A stretch of DNA of 64,000 bases. Source: an uncultured Actinomycetota bacterium. Lineage in GTDB: Bacteria; Actinomycetota; Thermoleophilia; Gaiellales; F1-60-MAGs149. Position 1 is the stretch's first letter; each line of letters starts with the position of its first letter. The stretch lies in contig CAVYFW010000014.1 in assembly GCA_963767885.1 (NCBI GenBank), positions 24,420 to 88,419 on the forward strand, in the 5' to 3' direction. The position numbers and the translations under genes are program-made. Below are positions 11,466-20,880 of the stretch, piece after piece. The notes beneath the pieces were generated by a model, which searched no databases, was not told the DNA's origin, and saw only the letters and a program-made list of their open reading frames with translations.

Positions 11466-12611
11466 CTAGGGCGTGCGCAGGCAGTACGGGAAGTCCGTCA
11501 GCGTCTCGGCGCCCTCGGGCGTGATCAGCAGGAGATCCTCGTAGCGGACCCCGCCGAGGTCCGGCAGGCCCTCGATGCCCGGCTCCACCGCGATCACGTC
11601 GCCGGCCAGCAGCTCGTCGTGCCCGGCCAGGCCGAGCAGCGGCGCCTCGTGCACCTCGAGCCCCACGCCGTGGCCGAGCGAGAAGTAGAAGCCCTGCGTG
11701 AGGGTCTCGCCCGGCGTGCGGGTGCGCTGCGTCGGGTAGCCAGCGCCCTCGACGACGTCGGCGGCCGCCTCGTAGAGCGCCCGACCCGTCACGCCCGGCG
11801 CCGCCAGCCGCCGCGCCGCCTCGAGCGCCTCTCGCACGACGCCGGCCAGCTCCGCCACGCGCGGCGGGACGTCGCCGACCAGGAAGGTGCGCGTCATGTC
11901 GGCCCAGCAGGCGGTCTGCTCGTCCTGCGGCCAGAGGTCGATGACGATCGGCAGGTTGGCGGGCAGCGGCCCGCTGCCGGAGTCGTGCCCGCCGCCCGAC
12001 CACGTCGAGACGACCATCAGGTCCTGCGTCGCCGGCGAGCCGGCGGCCGCGCACGCCTCGCGGATCGTCGCGCGCACGGCCTCGGCCGTCAGCACGTCGC
12101 CGTCGACCACCAGCCGGTCGCCGTCGATGTCGGCACGGCGCAGGAGCGCGGCGCCCGCGGCCATCCCCTCCTGGGCGGCGCGCTGTGCCCGCCGGATGCC
12201 CGCGAGCTCGGCGGGATTCTTGCGGCGGCGGCGCTCGTGGAAGCCGCGCGCGTCGACGTCGAGCACGACGCCGTCTGCGCGCAGGCGATCGGCGATGACG
12301 ACGGGCAGGTCGCCGGGCACCGACGCCCGCTGCACGCCGGCGCGCTGCACGGCGCGCGCGGCTATCTCGATGGAGATGTCCTCGCGGGCCATGCCCTCGG
12401 CGATCAGCTCGTAGAGGCCGAGCTCCTCCGGCATCAGCAGCTCCGCCTCGGGCAGAACGCGCGCGATGCGGTCGCGCTCGAGGGCGTTGGTGAGGATGAC
12501 CTGGCGACCGCCGGTCTCCAGGTACAGGAAGGCGTCGCCGATGCCGATCGGCACCTCGTGGCGCAGGGCGGCCGAGCGCTCGGTGTCGCCGTAGATGAGG
12601 ACGTCGGACAT
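11466..12611 (-). CDS. Xaa-Pro aminopeptidase (M24 family)
   Basis: DMTRTF, GHGVGLEVHEAP, VEPG, GVRYEDL; true start MSDVLIYGDT at 12611. Confidence 0.9.
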   Translation of the reverse strand: MSDVLIYGDTERSAALRHEVPIGIGDAFLYLETGGRQVILTNALERDRIARVLPEAELLMPEELGLYELIAEGMAREDISIEIAARAVQRAGVQRASVPGDLPVVIADRLRADGVVLDVDARGFHERRRRKNPAELAGIRRAQRAAQEGMAAGAALLRRADIDGDRLVVDGDVLTAEAVRATIREACAAAGSPATQDLMVVSTWSGGGHDSGSGPLPANLPIVIDLWPQDEQTACWADMTRTFLVGDVPPRVAELAGVVREALEAARRLAAPGVTGRALYEAAADVVEGAGYPTQRTRTPGETLTQGFYFSLGHGVGLEVHEAPLLGLAGHDELLAGDVIAVEPGIEGLPDLGGVRYEDLLLITPEGAETLTDFPYCLRTP

Positions 12612-12625
12612 GCCCCGCAGGCTAG

Positions 12626-14032
12626 CTAGGCGGCCGAGGTCGCCGGTGCAGGCGCCATGGCGGACCGCACCTGCAGCGCGAGCAGGGATACCGCGCTCCC
12701 GAGGGCGCCGGCGATGATCAGGACGCGCGCGTCGTCGAAGGGCTGCAGGCCGTCGGCCGGCGTGGCGCCGCCGAGGATGGCGACGAGGGCCGCGACGCCG
12801 ATGGTGGCGCCGACCTGCCGGAAGGTCATGAGCGCGCCGATGCCGGTGGCGAGGCGCGCCGGCGGCAGCCCGGAGACCGCGCCGACGGTCGAGGCGGGGA
12901 GCGCGAGCCCGACGCCGGCGCCGCCGATCAGCAGGCCGGGCAGGAAGTCGAGCAGGAAGCCCGGCTCGGCGCCGACCCGCCAGATCCACCACACGCCCGC
13001 GAGGGCGAAGAGGATGCCGCCCGCCGCGCCGACGAGGCCGGCGCCGAACCGCGGCACGGCCCGTCCGCCGTGCGGGGCGAGCAGCGCGGCGACGACCGCA
13101 CCGGGGGCCAGGGCCAGGCCTGCCTGCAGCGGCGTGTACTCCCACACGTCGCTGAGGAAGATGACGTTCGCGAGCAGCATGGCGCCCAGCGCGAGGTAGA
13201 ACAGCGCGGCGCCGAGGCTCGCGAGCGCGAAGCCCGGCGCGCCCACGACCTCGGGCTCGATGGCCGGCGCGTGGTGGGTGCGCGAGCGCACCACCAGCCA
13301 GGCGGTCGCGCCCGCGGCGATGGCGAAGGCGGCGACCACGCGCAGGTCCCAGCCCCACCCGGGCCCCTCGACGAGGCCGAGGGTGAGGGAGGCGACGGCC
13401 ACGATCAGCAGGCCGACGCCGAGCAGGTCGGGCACGCGCGCCTGGTCGGGATCGCGCACCTCGGCCAGCACGCGCGGCGTCAGGACGGCGGCGACGATGG
13501 CGATGGGGACGTTGACGAGGAAGATCAGGTGCCAGCTCGCCTCCACGAGCAGGCCGCCGATGGGCGGGCCGGCCGCAGCGCCGACGGCCCCGATCGAGGC
13601 CCAGGCGCCGATCACCCGCGCGCGGCGCTCCGGCGCCACGATGGGCAGCAGCAGGCCGAGCGAGGTCGGGGTCACGGCCGCGGCCCCGACGGCCTGCAGG
13701 ACGCGCGCGGCGACGAGCGCCTCGACGGTCGGGGCGACGGCGCAGAGCAGCGAGCCGAGGGCGAACACCAGGAGGCCGGCGGTGAACACGCGGCGGCGGC
13801 CGACGAGGTCGCCGAGCTTGCCGGCGGGGATCAGCAGGGCGGCGAAGACGATCGTGTAGGCGTTGAGGATCCAGGACAGGCTGGAGACGCTCGTGCCGTC
13901 GAAGTCGGCCCCGATCGATGGGAAGGCGACGTTGACGATGAACAGGTCGAGCACGGCGAGGAAGACGCCGGTGGCGACGACGGCGAAGGGCAGGCGGAAG
14001 GCCCTCGCGTCGGCGGCGGTCGAGGCGGTCAT
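12626..14032 (-). CDS. DHA2-family MFS efflux transporter
   Basis: LDLFIVNVAFPSI, WILNAYTIVFAALL, GKLGDLVGRRRVF; about 14 TM segments. Confidence 0.92.
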   Translation of the reverse strand: MTASTAADARAFRLPFAVVATGVFLAVLDLFIVNVAFPSIGADFDGTSVSSLSWILNAYTIVFAALLIPAGKLGDLVGRRRVFTAGLLVFALGSLLCAVAPTVEALVAARVLQAVGAAAVTPTSLGLLLPIVAPERRARVIGAWASIGAVGAAAGPPIGGLLVEASWHLIFLVNVPIAIVAAVLTPRVLAEVRDPDQARVPDLLGVGLLIVAVASLTLGLVEGPGWGWDLRVVAAFAIAAGATAWLVVRSRTHHAPAIEPEVVGAPGFALASLGAALFYLALGAMLLANVIFLSDVWEYTPLQAGLALAPGAVVAALLAPHGGRAVPRFGAGLVGAAGGILFALAGVWWIWRVGAEPGFLLDFLPGLLIGGAGVGLALPASTVGAVSGLPPARLATGIGALMTFRQVGATIGVAALVAILGGATPADGLQPFDDARVLIIAGALGSAVSLLALQVRSAMAPAPATSAA

Positions 14033-14047
14033 CGGGAGCTCCCATCA

Positions 14048-14096
14048 AGTTGCATCACGCAACGGACTGTAGGCGAGTTCGTCTCATGATGCAACT
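14048..14096. promoter_or_regulatory. Putative HxlR operator pair in the divergent MFS/hxlR promoter
   Basis: AGTTGCATCA (14048-14057) and its exact reverse complement TGATGCAACT (14087-14096); internal palindrome GTTGC-N5-GCAAC at 14049-14063. Confidence 0.6.
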
Positions 14097-14126
14097 GACA
14101 GGTGCGAAACGCGCTAGGATGGGCTC

Positions 14127-14588
14127 GTGCTCGGCAAGGACTACGACACGCAGGCCTGCAGCATCGCCCGCACCCTCGAGATCGTCGGCGAGCGCTGGAC
14201 GCTGCTCGTGGTGCGCGACGCGCTGCAGGGCAAGAAGCGCTTCGAGGAGTTCCAGGCCAGCCTCGGCATCGCCCGCAACGTCCTCGCCAAGCGCCTCGAC
14301 ACGCTGGTGGAGCACGGCGTCATGGAGCGCGTGCCCTACAGCGAGCGGCCGCTGCGCCACGAGTACCGGCTGACGGAGGCCGGCCGCGAGCTGCGGGTGC
14401 CGCTGATCGGGCTCCTGCGCTGGGGCGAGCGCCACGTCCACGATCCCGACGCCCCGTACGTGCGGGTCAGCCACCGCGACTGCGGCGGCGACGTCGTGGC
14501 GGAGCTGCGCTGTACGGAGTGCGGCGCGTCGCCGACGCCCCGCGAGGTCGAGGTCGAGCGCCGCTCGCCCGGCGCCGTGCCCGCCTAG
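14127..14588 (+). CDS. HxlR-family winged-helix transcriptional regulator
   Basis: CSIARTLEIVGERWTLLVVRD, EYRLTEAG, C-terminal HxxC...CxxC. Confidence 0.92.
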   Translation: MLGKDYDTQACSIARTLEIVGERWTLLVVRDALQGKKRFEEFQASLGIARNVLAKRLDTLVEHGVMERVPYSERPLRHEYRLTEAGRELRVPLIGLLRWGERHVHDPDAPYVRVSHRDCGGDVVAELRCTECGASPTPREVEVERRSPGAVPA

Positions 14589-15658
14589 AGCGGCGGGTTC
14601 TCCTCGGAGCCGTCGCGCAGCAGGCGGCGGCCGCGCAGCGCGAGCTCGACGCGGAAGCGGTCGTCCGCGAGGTCGAGGTCGAGGTCGGCCAGCTCCTCGA
14701 TGCGCGCGAGCCGGTAGCGCACCGTCCGCTCGTGCAGCCCGAGCGCGCGCGCCGTCGCCGCGACGCTCGTGCCGCTGCCGAGCCACGCCTCCAGGGTGGC
14801 GACGAGCGGCCCCGCACCCTGCCGGCCGCCCTCCAGCGGGCCGAGCACGGTCTCGACGAGGTCGGCCAGGGCCGCGCGGTCGGACAGGATCAGCGCCTCG
14901 GCCCGCACCTCCTCGTACGGCACGACGCCCTGCAGGCCGAGCCGGCGGGCGACCTCGAGCGCGCGCCGCGCCTCGCCGTACGACGCGCGGATGCCGTCGA
15001 CGCCGAGCCCCGGGCGGCCGAGGCCCGCCGGCTCCGGCCCGCGCGGCGCCCGGTCGCCGGCCAGCACCGCCACGACGACGCCGTCGCGCGGCGCCGCCAG
15101 CGCGCCGTCCTCGCGCAGGCGGTGCAGGACGGACTCGTTCACGTCGCCGACCACCAGCACGGAGCGCCGGCCCTGCAGGTCGACGCCGAGCCGCGCGGCC
15201 GCGGCGAGCATGGTGTCCGGCGCCGCCGCGCCCAGCAGGCCGTCGAGCAGGGCGAGCCGCGCCTCCTCGGTGCGCTCGACGGCGCGCAGCTGCTCGCGGA
15301 CGTAGCCGTCGGCGAGGGCCTTGGCCCCGTCGTCCAGGGCCCGCAGCAGCGCACCGGCCAGGCGGGCGTGCCCCGCGACCGGCTCCTCGCGGGCCAGCGA
15401 GCGCCACAGCACCCAGCCCGACGTGAGCCAGGCGTCCACGACCAGCGGCAGCGCGAGCCCGTCCGAGGCCGCCCGCGCCCCGGCCGCTGCGAGCCGCTGG
15501 ACGCCCGCCCGCGTGAGCCGCTCGCCCCCGGTCGCGGCGCGGCCCAGCGCGTCGAGCCAGGCACCGAGGTCGAGGCCCTCGGCGTCGGCTCCGACGTCCG
15601 CCACGACGGCGCGGACGTGGGCCGCACGCTGCTCCAGATCGGTCCCGGTAGGGGGCAT
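14585..15658 (-). CDS. PucR/CdaR-family transcriptional regulator
   Basis: SYGEARRAL, LVATLEAWL, TARALGLHERTVRYRLARIEEL (C-terminal HTH). Confidence 0.88.
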   Translation of the reverse strand: MPPTGTDLEQRAAHVRAVVADVGADAEGLDLGAWLDALGRAATGGERLTRAGVQRLAAAGARAASDGLALPLVVDAWLTSGWVLWRSLAREEPVAGHARLAGALLRALDDGAKALADGYVREQLRAVERTEEARLALLDGLLGAAAPDTMLAAAARLGVDLQGRRSVLVVGDVNESVLHRLREDGALAAPRDGVVVAVLAGDRAPRGPEPAGLGRPGLGVDGIRASYGEARRALEVARRLGLQGVVPYEEVRAEALILSDRAALADLVETVLGPLEGGRQGAGPLVATLEAWLGSGTSVAATARALGLHERTVRYRLARIEELADLDLDLADDRFRVELALRGRRLLRDGSEENPPL

Positions 15659-15716
15659 CGGGGGGAACGTACCCGACGCGGGGCGGCCGGGACCGGGACG
15701 TTCCTATACTGCCTGC

Positions 15717-16448
15717 ATGGCCCTGACCGAGGCAGTCCAGGACTACCTGGAGAAGCTCTACTGGTTCGAAGAGGCCCGGATCGAGCCGACCCAGGTGAAC
15801 CTCGCGCGGGCCATGGGCGTCTCCCAGCCCAGCGTCACGGAGATGGTGCGCCGACTCGTCGACGAGGGCCTGATCGAACGCGACGAGAAGAAGCGCCTGC
15901 ACTTCACGCCCCACGGGCGGGAGGTCGCACACAAGGTCGTCTCCCGCCACCGCCTGATCGAGGCGTTCCTGTGCGAGGTCTTCAAGATCCCGTGGGACGA
16001 GGTGCACGAGGAGGCGCACACGTTCGAGCACGCGATCTCGGACTCGCTCGAGCAGCGCATGTACGCCCTGCTCGCCGACGCCAAGGCATGCCCGCACGGC
16101 CACCCGATCGGCGACCACCCGCGCGAGGAGGGCACGCCCCTCTCGCTGGTGCCGCAGGGCTCGGTGGTGCGCGTGCTGCGCTTCGAGAACGAGGACGGGG
16201 AGCTCCTGCACCGCTTCCGCGCGGCCGGCCTGGAGCCGCTCGCGCGCTTCGAGGTCGTGAGCACGGCCGACGAGACGGTCCGCTGGAAGCCCCTCGACGA
16301 CGCGGGGGCGGCCGGCGAGCTCGACGCCGTGACGGCGGGCACCATCTCGGTCCGCGTCGAGCACGAGGGCGACGGCGCGGCGGCCACCGAGGCGCACCCG
16401 ACCGGCGCGCAGGCCGCGCTGCTCGGCGAGACCGCCTGGGGCATGTAG
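15717..16448 (+). CDS. DtxR/MntR-family metal-dependent repressor with FeoA-like domain
   Basis: EAVQDYLEKLY, SVTEM, RHRLIEAFL, VHEEAHTFEH, CPHGHPI; TATACT 6 nt upstream of ATG. Confidence 0.92.
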   Translation: MALTEAVQDYLEKLYWFEEARIEPTQVNLARAMGVSQPSVTEMVRRLVDEGLIERDEKKRLHFTPHGREVAHKVVSRHRLIEAFLCEVFKIPWDEVHEEAHTFEHAISDSLEQRMYALLADAKACPHGHPIGDHPREEGTPLSLVPQGSVVRVLRFENEDGELLHRFRAAGLEPLARFEVVSTADETVRWKPLDDAGAAGELDAVTAGTISVRVEHEGDGAAATEAHPTGAQAALLGETAWGM

Positions 16449-16462
16449 CCGGGCTTAACCGC

Positions 16463-17525
16463 GTGGTGGATCGCTCCGCGGAGGCCGTCGTCGAGGCGGG
16501 TGGGCGCGAGGTCCGCGTCTCCAGCGCCGACCGGGTGATCTTCCCGGCCACCGAGCGCACGCCCGCGCACACGAAGCTCGACGTCGTGCGGTACTACCTC
16601 GCCGTGGGCGACGGCATCCTGCGCGCGCTCCGCCAGCGCCCGACGACCCTCGAGCGCTGGCCGCGCGGCGTCCTGCCCGGGATGGTGCTCGCGACGCGCG
16701 CGGACTCGCGGGGCGCCGACGCCTTCTACCAGAAGCGGATCCCGAAGGGCGCGCCGGACTACGTCGAGACGGCCCGGATCGCCTTCCCGTCGGGCCGCAG
16801 CGCCGACGAGATCTGCCCGACCGAGCTCGCGGTCGTCGCCTGGTGCGCGCAGATGGGGGCGATCACGTTCCACCCGTGGCCGGTGCGGCGCGACGACGTC
16901 GACCATCCGGACGAGCTGCGGCTGGACTTCGATCCCCAGCCGGGGACGGACTTCGCCGACGCGGTGCGGGTCGCGAGCGTCGGGCGGGGCCTGCTCGACG
17001 AGCTCGGCTACGTCGGCTTCCCGAAGACCTCCGGCGGCCGGGGCGTCCACGTCTACGTGCGCATCGAGCCGCGCTGGACCTTCACCGACGTGCGCCACGC
17101 CGCGATCGCCTTCGGCCGCGAGCTGGAGCGGCGCCTGCCCGGCGAGGTCACGACGCGCTGGTGGAAGGAGGAGCGGGGCGCGCGCATCTTCGTCGACTAC
17201 AACCAGAACGCCCGCGACCGGACGATCGCCTCCGCCTACAGCATCCGCCCCAAGCCCGGCGCCCCCGTGTCGGCGCCGCTCGGCTGGGACGAGCTCGGCC
17301 AGCGTCCAGCCCGAGGACTTCACGGTCGCGACCATGCCGGCCCGCTTCGCGGAGGTCGGCGATCCGCACGCCGCGATCGACGACGTCGTGCACTCGCTGC
17401 AGCCGCTGCTCGACCTGTACGAGCAGCAGGGCGCGGGCGACATGCCGTACCCGCCCGACTACCCGAAGATGCCCGGCGAGCCGAAGCGCGTCCAGCCGTC
17501 GCGCGACCGCGATCGGCGCGCCTGA
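16463..17525 (+). CDS. Stand-alone AEP primase-polymerase, Prim-PolC / LigD-Pol type (frameshift near 17300)
   Basis: TKLDVVRYY, FYQKR, HPDELRLDFDP, KTSGGRGVHVY, DYNQNARDRTIASAYS, C-terminal MPYPPDYPKMPGEPKRVQPSR. Confidence 0.88.
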
Positions 17526-17529
17526 GGCC

Positions 17530-18391
17530 CTACGGGGCCTGCGGCAGCTTCTTCGCGCCCGGCGGCGCCGGGTTCGACGGCGGGGGCACGACGGGGCCGA
17601 TGTCGCCGTCCGGCGCCTCGTCCAGGTCGACGATCACCGGCGCGTGGTCGCTCGGCCCCTTGCCCTTGCGGGCCTGGCGATCGACCCACGCGGCCTTCAC
17701 GCGCCCGGCGACGTCGTCGCTCGCGAGCACGAGGTCGATCCGCATGCCGCAGTCCTGGTGGAACATGCCCGCGCGGTAGTCCCAGTAGGTGAAGACGCGC
17801 GCGTCGGGCCAGTGGTCGCGGACGACGTCGCGCAGGCCGAGCGACTGCAGGCTCGCGAGCGCCTCGCGCTCGGGCGGCGTCACGTGCGTCTGGCCGACGT
17901 AGGCCGCGGGATCGAAGACGTCCGCGTCGGTCGGCGCGATGTTCATGTCGCCGCAGACGACCGTCGTGCCCGGGTGCTCCCCGATCATCGCCTGCAGCGC
18001 GGCGAGCCACGCCAGCTTGTAGGCGTAGTGCTCCGACCCGGGCTCGCGGCCGTTCGGCACGTAGACGCAGGTGACGCGGACGCCGCCACAGGTCGCGGTC
18101 AGCGCCCGCGCCTCCGGGTGCGGGGAAGCCGGGCCCGCCCTCGATGCCGGCGACGACGTCCTCGAGGCCGACGCGCGACAGGATCGCCACCCCGTTCCAC
18201 GCGCTCTCGCCGTGGGCCGCGACCTCGTAGCCGCGGTTCGCCAGCTCGTCGCCGATCACCTCGCCGAAGGCGTCGTCCGCCAGCTTCGTCTCCTGCAGGC
18301 AGACGACGTCCGGCCGCCGCTCGTCGAGCCACGGCAGGAGGCGCGGCACCCGCTGCCGCAGGGAGTTCACGTTCCAGGTCGCGATGCGCAC
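17530..18391 (-). CDS. xth: Exodeoxyribonuclease III / AP endonuclease (frameshift near 18115)
   Basis: RIATWNVNS, CLQETK, NGVAILSR, YVPNG, GDMNIAP, GMRIDL, SDHAPV. Confidence 0.92.
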
Positions 18392-18644
18392 GGTGGGCAG
18401 GGTAGAGCCGCGGCCGGTGTTCGGCGCCGCGGAATCGCGACCGGCGCGGGCGGGACCCGTGCCGCCGCCCGCCGCGGACGACGGCCGCACCCGGCCGAAC
18501 GCTCGCGCGGGCGGTAGTACGGGCGGGCCGGCACCCCGCAGGCCGACCCGCCCCATCTCGAAAGCAGTATCCGGAGCGGGCCGCCGCCGGAGCCCCGTGC
18601 CGCGCTATCGCGCGGTCACCCGGCCTGGCGGCCCGCTCCGTAGC

Positions 18645-18800
18645 TCAGGCGGCTCCCGTTCGGCCGCGCAACGTCCAGCCGCTCACCAGCCCCGCCACCA
18701 GCAGGGCGACGAGCAGGATCAGCGCCAGCTTGAAGCCGGCGATCAGGAACCCGCCCCCGAAGAGCAAGACGCCCAGCAGGAGGATGAGGACGATCCACAT
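18645..18800 (-). CDS. Small 51-aa membrane protein (not in ORF track)
   Basis: Manual translation MWIVLILLLGVLLFGGGFLIAGFKLALILLVALLVAGLVSGWTLRGRTGAA*; two hydrophobic stretches, GC3-rich. Confidence 0.65.
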   Translation of the reverse strand: MWIVLILLLGVLLFGGGFLIAGFKLALILLVALLVAGLVSGWTLRGRTGAA

Positions 18801-18881
18801 GAGCGCGTCGTACCCAGCGCCGGCGCCCGTCCAAACGCCGACGCGCCGGCGCCTACGCGCGCGCGAGCAGGGACTCGATCG

Positions 18882-20544
18882 TCATGCGCGCCGCAGCCGG
18901 TAGAGGAGCACGTCGTCCACGGCGATCGGCTCGACCCCCAGGCTGGAGAAGAGCTGGCGCCAGTTGCCGGGGTAGCCGCGCTGGACGACGATCGAGGTGA
19001 CGCCCTTGTCGCGCACGAAGCGCTGCAGCTCCTCCTCGGCGTTGGCGGGCTCGGCGCCGCCGTAGAGGGTGTAGACGATCGGGTACGCCGCGTACGGGTC
19101 GGGCAGCACGGCCGCCGCGTAGCCGCCGGCGAGGTCGAACCAGTTGTCGGTCGTCGCCTGCCAGTACATGCTGTTGCCGCGCACGCCGTACGGCACGACG
19201 ATCACGCGCTCGTCCTTCGCGATGTACTGCTTGTAGGTGCCGTCGGCGAAGAACTTCGGCACCGGCACCTCGGTCCGCCACCAGCCGCCGTGCGGGTTCG
19301 GCATCAGCAGCAGCACGCTCAGCCCGATCAGCGCCCAGCGCCACGGGCTCGACGGCCGCTGGGCGATCCACAGCGACGCCAGCACGGCGACCGCGAGGGC
19401 GGTGTAGACCACGAACCGCGTGGGCAGCGCGAGGCGCACGAGCGGGAAGTGCTCGGTGTACTGCCAGGGGAGCTTGATGGTGGGGATGCCGCCGATGGTC
19501 AGGTGCGCGCCGAGAGCGCAGACGAACGCGACGACCGCCACCGTCACGAGCACCCGCCCGGCGACCGTGCGGCGGAAGGCGAACGCGGCGCAGAGGAAGA
19601 CGATCAGCAGCGGCAGCGGGCGTGTAGGCCAGCTGCTCCGTGAGGTTGCCGACGAAGCGGGCCGAGACGTCGGCGAAGTCCTGGGAGAAGAGCCACGTGA
19701 CCTGCGTCGGGTAGAAGAGGTTGTCGACGTCCGCGACGTAGGTCTTGGGCTGCAGGCCCTCGTGGATCGGGTTCGGGTGCGCGAGCGCGAAGTACAGGTA
19801 CGGGCTGACGATGACGGCCATCGCCGCGACCGCCACCCCGGCGCCGGCCGCAGTGCGCACGAGCTGGCGGCGCAGCCGCTCGTCGGCGACGACGATGGCG
19901 ACCCCGAGCGCGAGCGTGCCGGCGAGCAGGGCCGACATCAGCACCTCGAGGAAGATCAGGAACTGGCCGACCAGCACCGCCGTGAGGCTGACGACGTAGC
20001 GGCGGTCCGAGATCTCGCCGCGCGCGTGGCGGACGGCGAGCAGCGCCGCGAGCGGCAGCAGGAACACCAGCGCCAGGTTCACGTGGTTCAGGGTCTGGCC
20101 GAGCATGTAGCTCGAGAACCCGAACAGGTAGCCGCCGGCCACCGAGGCGTACCAGTTGCGCGTGAGCTCGCGGCAGAGCAGGAACGCCGTGAAGGCGGCG
20201 AGGGCCGGGGCGGCGAGCGCGAGCAGGTTGTAGGCCACGACCGGCCCGACCGTCGCCGTCAGCGGCACCATCAGCAGGGCCGGCCCGGGGATGACGGTCG
20301 CCCAGGCCAGGTTGAAGCCGCCAGGCGCGTAGATGTCGTCCGTCAGGAAGGGGTGGACGCCCTCCGTGACGACCTGCTTCCAGTGGACCAGGGACCACAT
20401 GAAGAAGCCCTGGTCCGAGCCGAACGACCCGACGACGGACCCCTGCGGGTCGGTCAGGGCCGGGAAGCCGAAGAAGGCGATCGAGCAGGCGCAGTACAGC
20501 GCCAGCGCGGCGACCGTGCCCCACCGCGTGTCCAGGAAGCGCAC
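18882..20544 (-). CDS. Polytopic membrane protein, probable GT-C-fold glycosyltransferase-like (frameshift near 19620)
   Basis: N-terminal loop with SDQGFFMW...APGGFNLAW, many TM helices, C-terminal MYWQA/GGY segment; split over ORFs 18853..20544 and 18882..19553. Confidence 0.65.
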
Positions 20545-20582
20545 GGGCCGGAAGCGTACGGGGTGGCGCTCGTCGGGGCGTC

Positions 20583-20620
20583 AAAAGAGGAGCGGGCGGC
20601 CACAATGGGCCGCCCGCTCC
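20583..20620 (-). terminator. Intrinsic terminator
   Basis: Perfect 13-bp stem GGAGCGGGCGGCC (20589-20601 / 20608-20620), 6-nt loop, followed on the minus strand by TCTTTT. Confidence 0.85.
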
Positions 20621-20805
20621 CGGTATCTCGCAGCGTATTCGTAGGGGACGCCGCCCGGCCGCGCGTCATCTCGACGCCGCGATCCGGACTACCCCAACGC
20701 TCGGCTCTGCGATTCCCCGTCGGTTCAGGGGTTTCGCCCCCTACGTGCGAGTACCTCCACTAGCCGAACTGTCAGTACTCAGTCGGACCACCTCCTTTCC
20801 GCGGT
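20583..20805 (-). ncRNA. Candidate ~220-nt structured RNA (or micro-ORF mRNA) with extended complementarity to the 16S rRNA 3' end
   Basis: Own promoter and terminator, several nested stems, GAAAGGAGGTGGTCC near the 5' end, more AT-rich than flanking genes, no long ORF of its own. Confidence 0.6.
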
Positions 20806-20811
20806 AGCAGC

Positions 20812-20841
20812 ACGGTACCACGGCCTCCGGTCGTCCGGCAA
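20812..20841 (-). promoter_or_regulatory. SigA-type promoter for the candidate RNA
   Basis: Minus strand TTGCCG (20841-20836), 18-nt spacer, TACCGT (20817-20812) preceded by TGG (extended -10). Confidence 0.55.
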
Positions 20842-20880
20842 TCCGCCATCTGGACCTACCAGGACGCCGGTTGATCCGTC

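Noticed and set aside
7191-17779. Very long ORFs (858, 824, 860, 1225 aa) suggesting novel fusions
   Set aside because: N-terminal parts are Arg/Gly/Pro-rich shadow frames of real genes in stop-poor high-GC DNA; only the C-terminal parts (SufD, SufS, peptidase, Prim-Pol) are real
20589-20620. Hexaloop hairpin as an ANTAR-binding motif
   Set aside because: Single long stem; loop ACAATG lacks G at position 4 and there is no second matching hairpin; better explained as a terminator
20785-20799. Fragment of a 16S rRNA gene on the plus strand
   Set aside because: Only about 15 nt match; flanks do not resemble rRNA, and the promoter and terminator point to minus-strand transcription
20583-20805. 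Riboswitch or attenuator for the downstream membrane gene
   Set aside because: No known aptamer or anti-terminator recognised, and the downstream gene has its own -10 eight nt before its start; less likely but not excluded
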